Source: an uncultured virus (IMG/VR IMGVR_UViG_3300032305_002648)
Taxonomy: Duplodnaviria; Heunggongvirae; Uroviricota; Caudoviricetes
Direction: 5' to 3' (one strand)
DNA length: 20,000 nucleotides
IMG/VR virus record: IMGVR_UViG_3300032305_002648
The notes under the pieces are model-generated. The model was not told where the DNA came from, searched no databases, and saw only the letters and a list, made by a program, of their open reading frames with translations. Shown piece after piece: positions 1-8,608 of this stretch. Each line of letters opens with the position of its first letter. The first letter of the stretch is position 1. The position numbers and the translations under genes are program-made.

Positions 1-68
1 TTTTCTGGTGCCCTACGTGGCTGACCGGAAAAAGAAGATTGTATTTGGCCGGAACGGGTGTGTGCCAT
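1..68 (-). CDS. 5' part of a gene running off the left window edge (MAHTRSGQIQSSFSGQPRRAPE...)
   Basis: ATG at 68-66, 6 nt after the stop of the 75..623 ORF; frame open to the window edge. Confidence 0.5.
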   Translation of the reverse strand, partial: MAHTRSGQIQSSFSGQPRRAPE

Positions 69-74
69 TAATTT

Positions 75-623
75 TTATGATCCTGGTCGACGCGATCCCG
101 GAGCGGAATAATATTGCCGTATAGGTTCACCGTATCGATTTTTACCCACTACGGTAAATGGGTTACTGACTTCTTGATTATGGTTGCCCCCTCTAGACAC
201 AAAGTATTCGCCAGGAGGAGCGCCAAATGGGGCAGCTGTGGGAGTAAATCCGTAGGTGCTTGTGGGGGCCGGCGCGGGAGCAGGAGCAGGAGCAGGTGCA
301 GGGGCAGGGGTCGGTGCGGTAGTCGGCTGGCTATCTGTAGTTAAGCTGGTATCTGAAGGTGCTTGATAAGACGCACCCTGTTGCGTATATTTATTTGTAC
401 TGGGGTTTGCGCTATTGCCAAATACATCCCCTGCCATTCTGATGCTATCAAAGTTACTGGCATCTACATTCGATAGTGTAAACTTATTCTGCAATTGCTG
501 TGCGCCAGAAGTTGGCAATGCTGCCGCAATGTCCGGTGCAGTTACCATAGGAAGCCTATGGGCAAGTTGTTGTGAGGGTAGCTTTGAACTGCCCGCTGCA
601 CCACTTTGACTGGATTGGCCCAT
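75..623 (-). CDS. Hypothetical low-complexity protein with a Pro-Ala linker, possibly virion-associated
   Basis: 182 aa ORF in the late operon; (PA)n run; TATACT -10-like box upstream. Confidence 0.75.
   Translation of the reverse strand: MGQSSQSGAAGSSKLPSQQLAHRLPMVTAPDIAAALPTSGAQQLQNKFTLSNVDASNFDSIRMAGDVFGNSANPSTNKYTQQGASYQAPSDTSLTTDSQPTTAPTPAPAPAPAPAPAPAPTSTYGFTPTAAPFGAPPGEYFVSRGGNHNQEVSNPFTVVGKNRYGEPIRQYYSAPGSRRPGS
264..309 (-). repeat. Degenerate 6-nt coding repeat encoding (Pro-Ala)n
   Basis: ggagca/ggtgca/ggggca units on the + strand; PAPAPAPAPAPAP in the protein. Confidence 0.85.
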
Positions 624-660
624 TTTATGGTTTTAAATGCTCGTTATATTAGTATAGCGT

Positions 661-1335
661 TTAGACGTATCGCCCACCGCTGGCGGACATCAATGCAGAC
701 AAGATTGCATTAGGAGAAGCAACAGGAGTAGCATTGGCTTGATTTTGTTGATCAAGTTTGACGCTAAGTGGAGTTATATCAATATTCCCACTAAGACCAC
801 CATAATCTCTGGGGGCAGCCATTGCTTGCATAACACTGCCAACACGCGCTGCATAACTGTTAGCAAAAGTGACCGGATCTATCTGTGGTTGTGGGGTAGG
901 TGGTTGAACCGGTGCCGCACCTGCTGACTGCGGCTGGGGGGGATTGATACCACTTGGTATTGGCGCAGCGGGTTGTCCAGCCGCTGCTTGCATTTGCGGA
1001 AGAAATTGTTTATAGCTACCGTTGGTATATGCACCCCATGCACCCAGTCCTTGCGATTTCAATATTCTGCTGGCAACTTTTGCATTTACGTTGGGGTCAT
1101 TTAATTGACTTGCGTCGGAAAGGCCATATTCTTTCAACCGAGCTGGTCCCAGCGAACCCAACATGTTGACTTGCCAAAGCCCGCGAGAATCATCTCCGGT
1201 GCTTGGGTTTAAATTACGAATCCCTGCATTACCTCCTGACTCCGCTTTTGCAATGGCCGCCATCAACGGTGCTTTATCTGCGCCAAAATATTGACTAGAT
1301 AGTTGCAACAATTGTGCATTACTTAAAACAGTCAT
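661..1335 (-). CDS. Lytic transglycosylase (SLT/lysozyme-like) domain protein with a disordered P/Q/A-rich C-terminus
   Basis: AAIAKAESGG (catalytic Glu motif), GLWQVN and WGAY motifs of SLT-type enzymes. Confidence 0.85.
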   Translation of the reverse strand: MTVLSNAQLLQLSSQYFGADKAPLMAAIAKAESGGNAGIRNLNPSTGDDSRGLWQVNMLGSLGPARLKEYGLSDASQLNDPNVNAKVASRILKSQGLGAWGAYTNGSYKQFLPQMQAAAGQPAAPIPSGINPPQPQSAGAAPVQPPTPQPQIDPVTFANSYAARVGSVMQAMAAPRDYGGLSGNIDITPLSVKLDQQNQANATPVASPNAILSALMSASGGRYV

Positions 1336-1337
1336 GA

Positions 1338-1817
1338 CTACCTAAGCTCCTCCATGAATTTAATCCGCGTTCCAATTGAAACATCGGCTGGGCCAGGCAA
1401 AGCTTGAATAAATTCAGCGCCTTCCCGCTCAAAACGGTACCTAGCCTGCTCGGGATTACGGTAATTTGGCACATAAAGATGCAATGCCAACCGGTCTGTT
1501 TCAAACATATAAATTTGAATCCACGTTTTCAATGTGTCTTTGAAATCCGTGGTGCTGATTGTACGTGTAACGTCACCAGCAATGTTCTCTAAGCGTCCCT
1601 TGGGCACCTCTGTATTGTTGACGCTACCCGTCATGTCAGTACGCTTTTCGGCCTCGTCACACCGACCGATCTGTTCTACAATCTTGCTGTACCAAAACGA
1701 ATCCTGGATATTATTTAGTGCTTCTGCCAATCTTGCTTGGTCGCCGGCAGGCACCGAGGTAATGTTATACCCCAGGTGCCAACGAACTTTTGATTGGTAG
1801 AAGGTATCAAGTTGCAT
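1338..1817 (-). CDS. Putative head completion/adaptor protein
   Basis: 159 aa helical-looking globular ORF downstream of the capsid genes; TAATG coupling to the upstream gene; function inferred from position only. Confidence 0.5.
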   Translation of the reverse strand: MQLDTFYQSKVRWHLGYNITSVPAGDQARLAEALNNIQDSFWYSKIVEQIGRCDEAEKRTDMTGSVNNTEVPKGRLENIAGDVTRTISTTDFKDTLKTWIQIYMFETDRLALHLYVPNYRNPEQARYRFEREGAEFIQALPGPADVSIGTRIKFMEELR

Positions 1818-2257
1818 TATTCAACGCGAACTAAGTTCTCTTTGATAATCTCATCCCAGTCTACTCGCTTGATGCTTTTGAGTTGATCTAATCGAACAAA
1901 TTTCTCGCCAGGCATTGAAGTTTGTAGATCTTTAATATCACGAGCAGTTTTCAACCCAACGCCGGGTAATGTGTCTGCAATTTGCCGGGCGCTGGCGGTA
2001 TTGATATTCAAGCGAACATCAAGCGGAAATGTTTCTTTGTTCAACGGCTCTGGAGGATTCACGCCGTCTTCTTTCAATCCTTCACGCAACCTTTCAGTAT
2101 TACGATCCTTTTCAACAGTTGCTGAAAGATGCGGGACGAGGTCCTCTTTTTCAAGATAGTGGACCTCGTCCTGCGAATCAACACACATAACGATCCCGTC
2201 ACCGTAGTCCGAAAGAACTTCAACGAGACCGCCTGTCAGTTTGTACTGGTAAAGCAT
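1817..2257 (-). CDS. Helix-hairpin-helix (ComEA-like) DNA-binding domain protein
   Basis: LNINTASARQIADTLPGVGLKTARDI...FVRLDQLKSIKRV matches the ComEA/HHH_3 pattern. Confidence 0.8.
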   Translation of the reverse strand: MLYQYKLTGGLVEVLSDYGDGIVMCVDSQDEVHYLEKEDLVPHLSATVEKDRNTERLREGLKEDGVNPPEPLNKETFPLDVRLNINTASARQIADTLPGVGLKTARDIKDLQTSMPGEKFVRLDQLKSIKRVDWDEIIKENLVRVE

Positions 2258-2304
2258 TTAAGGAATGGATGCAACTACCAGTACATTAACTGACTTAACC
2301 TTTA

Positions 2305-3165
2305 TCAGCCGTTCACGCCGGAACCGTCATCACCACCAATCTGGGACGCGAAGTCAATGAAGCCCTGGATCTCGTTCCAGCCTGCAGCATCTGCAGGGCG
2401 GATGTAGTTGATGCGGCACACGATGTAGCCAGTTTTGTTATTGGCCAGATCGGTGGCGCTGATGCTAACACCAGAACCGTTGGCGGTCGTTGCGGCAGCC
2501 GTCAGCACGCTATAAACACCAAAAGTGGTGTTAGAGGTGACTTTGTAGAACATCGAGCTGTAGAAATCAGCAGCGAGGATACCACCAGAGGTCACGGAGT
2601 TGGCGAAGGGCAGCGAGCCGGCGGTAGCGTTACCGTTGGACAGAGCAGCAGTACCCTGGGTCAGGGCGCTGGAGGCAGCAGTCAGGTAAGCAACAGCGTT
2701 ACCAATACCGAGTGCTTTGTTGGCGGTAGAAACACCAGCTGGGACGCCAGAGTTGTCAGGGCCGAACAGCAGCAGATCGCTAGTGGTGGCAACAAGGTCA
2801 GCGGTCACAGGCACGCCAGGGAAGCCGGGCAATGCACCGGTACCATAGCCGACACCGGAGGGGATGTCCTGGCCGATAGAAATAGAAGCACCGTAGATGT
2901 ACGAAGGCTGGCTGCTGGAAGCAGGCACAGTGATCGCACTCCGGTTGTCACGCACGCGGTCATCAGGACGACGATCGGGTGAGGGCACGGTAATGGTCGT
3001 GAAAGTCTTGGCGGCGGTGGTGCTGGCAATGGGCACGTAGCCAATAATTTCATACGCCTCGATACCGGGCCAACCGTAAACACCCTCATTGTTGAAGCTG
3101 GAAAGACGGTTAACCTGAGTGCCGGGGTAAAGTACGCTGCCAGCGTTAGTCTTGTAAGTAGCCAT
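2305..3165 (-). CDS. Putative capsid decoration/minor capsid protein
   Basis: 286 aa T/A/G/S-rich, beta-rich-looking ORF directly after the MCP; strong GGAGGT RBS; high-expression C-ending codon bias like the MCP. Confidence 0.55.
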   Translation of the reverse strand: MATYKTNAGSVLYPGTQVNRLSSFNNEGVYGWPGIEAYEIIGYVPIASTTAAKTFTTITVPSPDRRPDDRVRDNRSAITVPASSSQPSYIYGASISIGQDIPSGVGYGTGALPGFPGVPVTADLVATTSDLLLFGPDNSGVPAGVSTANKALGIGNAVAYLTAASSALTQGTAALSNGNATAGSLPFANSVTSGGILAADFYSSMFYKVTSNTTFGVYSVLTAAATTANGSGVSISATDLANNKTGYIVCRINYIRPADAAGWNEIQGFIDFASQIGGDDGSGVNG

Positions 3166-3182
3166 GAGTTAGTTACCTCCTA

Positions 3183-4322
3183 TCAAACGATGGTGAACGC
3201 GGTGGTGCAGAAGTCCTTGTTCAGGTTAGCAAAACCGGCGTACAGCTGCCAAATCAGGATGATAAAGCGGCTGAAGTCGTCGTTGTTGTTAATGAGGACT
3301 TGAGCATTGGGGCCACCGATACCAATACCAACAGCCTGAGGGCCGAAGAACAGGCCAGGAGGAGTGGTGTGGGTTACGGCGCCAGCGCCATCACCGATAT
3401 CGCAGGTGACGGTCAGGTTGGTGAAGTTGGTTGATTCAAAGAAACGCACACCTTCAAACACAAAGCCGGTAGGCATGATCGGTTCACCAGCCACGAAAGC
3501 AGCTTGGCCGTACTGACCACCACCATAGATGGCTTGGTTGGGACCCATGGCGCCCATCATCGGGTTGCCTTGGCCCATGCCGGGGTAACGCGCAACTTCA
3601 CGGAAGCCTTGGTCAGCACGCAGATCCTTCATGAAGGAGGGATCAGCAATACAACGGTAGTAACCATCTTGGAAGACGGGAACGTTACGCTTACGCAGAC
3701 CTTTGACAACTTCCAGGAGGTCGCTCTTTACGTTAAATTTGTAACGCTCAGAAGCATATTCGGTAGCGGTATAAGTGCTAACGGTGCCGCTGCTGTTAGT
3801 GTGACCGTTGGGGTAGTAGTAACCACCTTGGGTGTCGGAGGCTTGGCCGCGTGAGAAGGACTTATAAAGTTCGTCCAGCAGCACGCGATCACGCCAGCGG
3901 CGGTAGTCATCCAACAGGGTCAGCGAACCGATGGACTGGTGGAACATGTTGAGGTTCCCGGTGTCCAGCAGCAAGCGCTGAGCGGTCATCAGCGTTTCCC
4001 GAGCAATTTTGAAGGTGCTGGGAGCGTTGGCATTGTTCGGGTCGGCAGGACCGGTGTACTCACGAAGAGACACCAGAACCTTATCCTTCACAATGGAACG
4101 GCTGTTAGCGGTACCAATGGTCTGATCCTGGGTACGCTCACGGTTGGCCTTGGTACCGGGGTTGCCCCAGAAACGGTACCGGTCCAGCTGAACGGTTTGA
4201 CCAGGCTGTTTGGTGAAGTCATGAACAACGACGGGCTCAGCCGCCATTTCCACAATGTAAGCCGGATGGGGGCGGTACAGCTCCGCACCCAACAGCTTCG
4301 GGAAATCATTATCAATGAACAT
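3183..4322 (-). CDS. Major capsid protein (HK97 fold; resembles N4-gp56-type MCPs)
   Basis: 379 aa; DFTKQPGQTVQLDRY N-terminal motif, GFVFEGVRFFES, FGPQAVG and DDFSRFIILIW C-terminal motifs; position after portal/scaffold; strong codon bias. Confidence 0.85.
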   Translation of the reverse strand: MFIDNDFPKLLGAELYRPHPAYIVEMAAEPVVVHDFTKQPGQTVQLDRYRFWGNPGTKANRERTQDQTIGTANSRSIVKDKVLVSLREYTGPADPNNANAPSTFKIARETLMTAQRLLLDTGNLNMFHQSIGSLTLLDDYRRWRDRVLLDELYKSFSRGQASDTQGGYYYPNGHTNSSGTVSTYTATEYASERYKFNVKSDLLEVVKGLRKRNVPVFQDGYYRCIADPSFMKDLRADQGFREVARYPGMGQGNPMMGAMGPNQAIYGGGQYGQAAFVAGEPIMPTGFVFEGVRFFESTNFTNLTVTCDIGDGAGAVTHTTPPGLFFGPQAVGIGIGGPNAQVLINNNDDFSRFIILIWQLYAGFANLNKDFCTTAFTIV

Positions 4323-4426
4323 GTTGGTTATTCAGCGTAAGGGTTTAGCTGACACCAGGAAGAAGATTCCTGGGTTGATGACAATAAAAAACTGCCACCA
4401 GAAACCTGGAACTTCTGTCCCATTAA
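4323..4426 (-). promoter_or_regulatory. Structured ~100-nt 5' leader of the MCP gene
   Basis: Minus-strand hairpins CCAGGAA-tcttc-TTCCTGG and TCAGC-taaacccttac-GCTGA just before the ATG; no classical SD. Confidence 0.5.
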
Positions 4427-4431
4427 GTAAA

Positions 4432-4440
4432 ATTATAGCA
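4432..4440 (-). promoter_or_regulatory. Extended -10 promoter (TGcTATAAT) for the MCP
   Basis: Perfect TGnTATAAT on the minus strand in the intergenic gap. Confidence 0.7.
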
Positions 4441-4470
4441 ACTACTTACTTACGCCTGTTAATAAGAAAA

Positions 4471-4770
4471 TCAGAAACCGCCGATCACGTTTCCGGGATT
4501 GTAGGTGTTTGGTTTCACTGAACCCATCATGTGGAAAGGATTCACTGCGCCATCTGCCGGTTGTAGATCAGCGAGTTGTCCAAGTCCAATGCCAGCGCTT
4601 TCTGGGGTTAATCCACCTGATACCATGGCATTACGCATCAAGGCAGCAGCTACTTCTGGGTGCTTTGCAGCCGCCGCCGCAGTAGGGGTGCTGGCTTTCT
4701 TGGGGGCAGGTTTTTTACCGCTAGCAGCTTGAGCTTTAGCTTTGGCGGCTTTTGCTTTATCGGTGTTCAT
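4471..4770 (-). CDS. Small hypothetical protein with a Lys/Ala-rich basic N-terminus
   Basis: 99 aa; KAKAAKAKAQAASGKKPAPKKA; ATGA overlap with the upstream gene. Confidence 0.7.
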   Translation of the reverse strand: MNTDKAKAAKAKAQAASGKKPAPKKASTPTAAAAAKHPEVAAALMRNAMVSGGLTPESAGIGLGQLADLQPADGAVNPFHMMGSVKPNTYNPGNVIGGF

Positions 4771-5393
4771 CGGCGTTGTCCACGAGCAGCCATCTGTTGT
4801 TGCATCATAAGCTGTTGTTGCAATTGAGTAACAGGAAGATTACCAAGTTGTGGCATCATTCCGGTCATCATGCGTTGTTCGTTGCTCAACATCGCATCTT
4901 GAACAATCTCGGCGCGACGGGTAGCGTTACCGGAAAGTAGGCCCATTGAACCAAGGGGCGAACCGGGTAGGTTCAAATGCAGGTAGCCAGCTTGGAGATC
5001 GTCTGACATCGGGCCACCTTGACCCATGAGGGGAACCGCTCCAGCGGGGCCGCCAGGGGGTACGGCACCTGCATTAGTCAACGGAATGCCAGCAGGACCT
5101 TGGCCGGATACACGCTGGGTAGCTGGGTTGTGGTAAATATTTGCATAACCGGCAGCATTTCCAGCCGATGCAGAGCTGGTTTGACCGTGGGATCCAAGTT
5201 GTGCAGCTGCAGTCGGTTGAGCTAGGAATTGAGAAACTTGGCCCAGGATTCCTCCGCCAGGTGCACCATATCGTGCTGCCATCTGACCGGCACCGCCAAC
5301 GGGTTGGCTTCCCATATTTTGCATCTGGCCTGCAGGCACCTGGGACATATTTTGATAACCCTGAGGCTGTTGACCACCACGTTGCGGACGCAT
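4767..5393 (-). CDS. Hypothetical Gln/Gly/Met-rich disordered protein
   Basis: 208 aa ORF between scaffold and MCP; AAGGGG RBS-like sequence and TAAAAT box upstream. Confidence 0.7.
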   Translation of the reverse strand: MRPQRGGQQPQGYQNMSQVPAGQMQNMGSQPVGGAGQMAARYGAPGGGILGQVSQFLAQPTAAAQLGSHGQTSSASAGNAAGYANIYHNPATQRVSGQGPAGIPLTNAGAVPPGGPAGAVPLMGQGGPMSDDLQAGYLHLNLPGSPLGSMGLLSGNATRRAEIVQDAMLSNEQRMMTGMMPQLGNLPVTQLQQQLMMQQQMAARGQRR

Positions 5394-5465
5394 CTGTATT
5401 AACCCCTTAATTTAATCAAGATTGTATTGCTACCTTTTATTTTAAACTGATTAAACCCGCGGCAT

Positions 5466-5510
5466 AAAAAAAGTGCAATAGTTCCGGCAAAAGAGGGAAC
5501 TACTGCACTT
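5466..5510 (-). terminator. Rho-independent terminator after the scaffold gene
   Basis: Minus strand AAGTGCAGTAGTTCC-loop-GGAACTATTGCACTT followed by a T run; a second hairpin lies at about 5518-5545. Confidence 0.7.
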
Positions 5511-5552
5511 ATTTGATTTCCGGGTAAACAGCGTTTATCGGGAATCCGAATA

Positions 5553-6608
5553 TCACTCCATTACCAGGAGCTTTTGGCGGAATACATCAGGATTGGTTTG
5601 AGCGGCATTCAGGTAGCGCCAGGCATTGGCGGGATCCTGCTCAGCAAGGGTGCCGAAGCTATCCCAGAAGGCCGCAGGATTGCCCTGAGCCTGGGGCTGG
5701 GGGGGAACGGGCATCTGAGGGCGCTCAAACTGCTGAGGGGCAGCCGTGGCGGGCATTGGGCGATAACCGGTATTTACGCCGGGGGCTGCACTATAGCTGG
5801 GCTCCTCATCGGGGATGGGGTAGGGGCCATTGGCACCAAAGAACTGCGTGGTGTAATCAGCCAGGATATCTGGATCTGTGAGAATGGCCTCATAAGCTGT
5901 ATGCTCATTCGCCAGTTCTTGCAGCAGGCCAACGGCTTGAACCAATTGGCTGTTGGTGATGATCAGATGATCTTCAAGGCTGCAAGAATATTCATTCAGA
6001 ACACGTGCAGCATCGGGGCCAAAATGGTCAATTACTTCAAGACTTTTTTGGCTTACCCCGTTGGCCAGCAGCTGGTCCCGGCTGATTTCCAATGAGGTTG
6101 GGGAAGAGTTGCCGAAGGATACCTGGTTGTTGCTGGCTCCAGGCATAGAGGTCAGCGGAGCCTGGTACGGGTTGCTGCTGTACTGGGTTGCCGGCTGTGA
6201 ACTGTAGTTGGCCGGGGCGGCTGGCTGACTCGGAGCTGACTGTTGACCCTGGAAGGGGAATTGGACCGGCGAACTCAGGAGTCCGACCACCCGGTTGAAT
6301 GCCTCTTTGTAGGGGTTCTCCGCTGCTGGGGCCGCCGCCGGCTGTGCCACCGGGGCCTGTTGGTAAGCCTGCTGATACCCCTGGGGGTACGATTGCGTAG
6401 GCTGGTATTGGGGTGCTACGCCCATCTGGGCCGGCATTTGCGGGGCTGGGGCCGATGCCGGCTGGTATGGTGCTACCCATTGCGGCGTTGTTGCCACCAC
6501 CGGAGCTTGGGCTGCCGTCTGCTGGGCTACCGGCGCCGCGTAGCTGGTCGGCTGGGTCTGGTATGACTGGGGTGCCGATTGGATCGGCGCTGCGGTATCG
6601 GCCTGCAT
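5553..6608 (-). CDS. Putative capsid scaffolding protein
   Basis: 351 aa; disordered P/Q/A N-terminus plus acidic helical C-terminus; between portal and MCP; own AGAGGT RBS. Confidence 0.65.
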   Translation of the reverse strand: MQADTAAPIQSAPQSYQTQPTSYAAPVAQQTAAQAPVVATTPQWVAPYQPASAPAPQMPAQMGVAPQYQPTQSYPQGYQQAYQQAPVAQPAAAPAAENPYKEAFNRVVGLLSSPVQFPFQGQQSAPSQPAAPANYSSQPATQYSSNPYQAPLTSMPGASNNQVSFGNSSPTSLEISRDQLLANGVSQKSLEVIDHFGPDAARVLNEYSCSLEDHLIITNSQLVQAVGLLQELANEHTAYEAILTDPDILADYTTQFFGANGPYPIPDEEPSYSAAPGVNTGYRPMPATAAPQQFERPQMPVPPQPQAQGNPAAFWDSFGTLAEQDPANAWRYLNAAQTNPDVFRQKLLVME

Positions 6609-8337
6609 AGGTTACCTCTTTTTGTAAACTCTCTAAAGTTCGGTAAAGGAAAGGAGTGAGATTGAGACGGGGATCCGCAGCCATCGGAAGATTGGGTTGC
6701 TGCGGGTGTGGCGTCTTCATCTGTAAATTGACAATGTCAATAAATGATGAATAAGCCCTTTGTACTTCCCCAACCATTCTAAACGGAAAACCAGAAAGCA
6801 TTCCTGCAATCTCATCATCAGTTTTGGACGGGAAAAGGTACTTCAGTGCTTCAATGCTATCAACACCTAATTCTTGTAGGTTCCTGGTGAAAATTGATTG
6901 GTTTAATTTATCTTGAGGAGTATCTTCGTAAACAGGTCCCATCCAACGCCAACAAATGCCGCGATCCCCGTCAGGCACTAAACCAAGGACACCATCCGGT
7001 ATTTCTTTTGTATTGATTACATCATCAATTCCCGCTCTTAGGGATTTTTCGTATTTAACCTTAGCGCGTTGAAATTTTGCTTCTTGTTTCGGATCGTTAG
7101 GGTCTTCTGGAGGAATGGGGAAGACCAGGCCCAACGATTGCGCCAATGTTTTACGAAAGATCTGTTCTTCCTGGAAAATCATCAATTCAAAACAACGGCA
7201 GATGCCATAAGTATAGAGCTGAAGGCATTTTTTCTTTGCCGTGGCGCTAACACGTCCGTAAGCTGATTTAATCTCGGTTGCGGTTACGTTCGTGATGCTA
7301 AGGTCATCAATGCCGCCAAGCGCAAGACGAATTTCTGAACGCAGTTGATCTACGTAACGTGATTGCTCTGCGCTGACTGCATTTGGTGTAATAAAGCCTA
7401 CACGATCTGTTGGCTCCAGGTTGGCAATAACCCTGGGCACACGCATACCAGATCCAGGTCGTCCGATATAACCAGGGGCATTGCGTGATGTCGGATCTTG
7501 TTTATAAGTAGAACTGGAAAGACTGAATTCAGACTGGAAGCCGGATTGGCTTGAAATGCTTGGGCGTTGCGCTGTATCACCTTCGGCCTTTTCAATGATA
7601 TCTTGCTTGGGGCGTGAAGAAAGAAGCGTTGGATTACCAAAAAAAGATAGGTTGGCCCGGATGTTTTTAACCATTTCATCGTGCGCAACAACCTGGTTTG
7701 CAAGCCATTCAAATTCCCCACTACCTTCGGTCCCAAAGGCATCAGGATTATTGAAAACTTCTACGCAAGGAATGAACTCAAGCGTATTGACAACAGTTGT
7801 TTTATTCAATGCCGCAAAAGCTTCCGGCATGTCAAATTTTAATTCTTGCTCGCTGTGGTACTCTTCAATTTCTGTTGCGGTAATACGCAAACGCATATAC
7901 CGTTTATCGGTAGAAAGACCCACTCCCCCAAAACCACGGGAAGATTTTACTTTATATGGGTAAATGATGATTACTTCCTCCAGTTCACCCTCTGGGGTGT
8001 AGTAAGTTCTGTAAGCATCTTTGTCGAACCAGTACAAGCGATATGTCTTCTTGGTAGGACGAATATAGAAAATACCTTTGCCATAGGCAAGGAATCGATC
8101 CCAAATAGAATCAAGCCGTGCATCCAGTTTATTGAATTTTATGACTTGCTGAATAAAATCAAATCGTTGCGAACCAAAGTTATCTTGATGGGGATAAAAT
8201 TCAACACCTTGCCTCACCCCGAACATCTTCATCTGGGCAAGATGTGCATTTATAAGCATTGTGTCTGCAGCACCGCTTGACTCACGGTTTACTGCTGCAC
8301 GCAACATTCCATCTAGAACTGAGTTCGATTCGCTCAT
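6037..8337 (-). CDS. Portal protein with a ~190-aa Pro/Gly-rich C-terminal extension overlapping the scaffold gene
   Basis: About 575-aa globular region directly downstream of TerL; features such as IPCVEVFNNPD...GSGEFE and helical segments fit portals; called mainly from position and size. Confidence 0.75.
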   Translation of the reverse strand: MSESNSVLDGMLRAAVNRESSGAADTMLINAHLAQMKMFGVRQGVEFYPHQDNFGSQRFDFIQQVIKFNKLDARLDSIWDRFLAYGKGIFYIRPTKKTYRLYWFDKDAYRTYYTPEGELEEVIIIYPYKVKSSRGFGGVGLSTDKRYMRLRITATEIEEYHSEQELKFDMPEAFAALNKTTVVNTLEFIPCVEVFNNPDAFGTEGSGEFEWLANQVVAHDEMVKNIRANLSFFGNPTLLSSRPKQDIIEKAEGDTAQRPSISSQSGFQSEFSLSSSTYKQDPTSRNAPGYIGRPGSGMRVPRVIANLEPTDRVGFITPNAVSAEQSRYVDQLRSEIRLALGGIDDLSITNVTATEIKSAYGRVSATAKKKCLQLYTYGICRCFELMIFQEEQIFRKTLAQSLGLVFPIPPEDPNDPKQEAKFQRAKVKYEKSLRAGIDDVINTKEIPDGVLGLVPDGDRGICWRWMGPVYEDTPQDKLNQSIFTRNLQELGVDSIEALKYLFPSKTDDEIAGMLSGFPFRMVGEVQRAYSSFIDIVNLQMKTPHPQQPNLPMAADPRLNLTPFLYRTLESLQKEVTYAGRYRSADPIGTPVIPDPADQLRGAGSPADGSPSSGGGNNAAMGSTIPAGIGPSPANAGPDGRSTPIPAYAIVPPGVSAGLPTGPGGTAGGGPSSGEPLQRGIQPGGRTPEFAGPIPLPGSTVSSESASRPGQLQFTAGNPVQQQPVPGSADLYAWSQQQPGILRQLFPNLIGNQPGPAAGQRGKPKKS

Positions 8338-8364
8338 TACCTGTTAAATCGCGGTGTGTTCATC

Positions 8365-8544
8365 CTACTCAATTTCGTAACCAGCGGCAAGCCGTTTGAA
8401 CATGATCACATCATCCTCAACCTCGATATCAAATCGCTCACCAGGGACCAATCCCATGTCGTGGCACAATTCATCGGGGAGGGGGAAAACAGCAGAGCCG
8501 TAGCCGTCCTGTTCCAGTTCAATGGGGAAGTAGCTGTAATTCAT
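8365..8544 (-). CDS. AbrB/MazE/SpoVT-family DNA-binding protein
   Basis: 59 aa from ATG 8544; GSAVFPLPDELCHDMGLVPGERFDIEVEDDVIMFKR is the swapped-hairpin signature. Confidence 0.8.
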   Translation of the reverse strand: MNYSYFPIELEQDGYGSAVFPLPDELCHDMGLVPGERFDIEVEDDVIMFKRLAAGYEIE

Positions 8545-8608
8545 TGAGTGATTACTCAGTTTAGTTCCAGAATACTTTATTGCAGCCAACTTTGAACCAA
8601 CGCAAATT

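Noticed and set aside
1817..2257. HhH protein as the photosystem II auxiliary gene psbU
   Set aside because: It shares only the generic HhH pattern, lacks a signal peptide, and sits in the head module.
3166..3185. Readthrough or frameshift extension of the MCP into the next gene
   Set aside because: There is a tandem TGA TAG stop, no slippery sequence, and the next gene has its own strong RBS.
8545..8589. N-terminal extension of the AbrB-like ORF from TTG 8589
   Set aside because: The domain begins at ATG 8544; the upstream segment looks like intergenic sequence.
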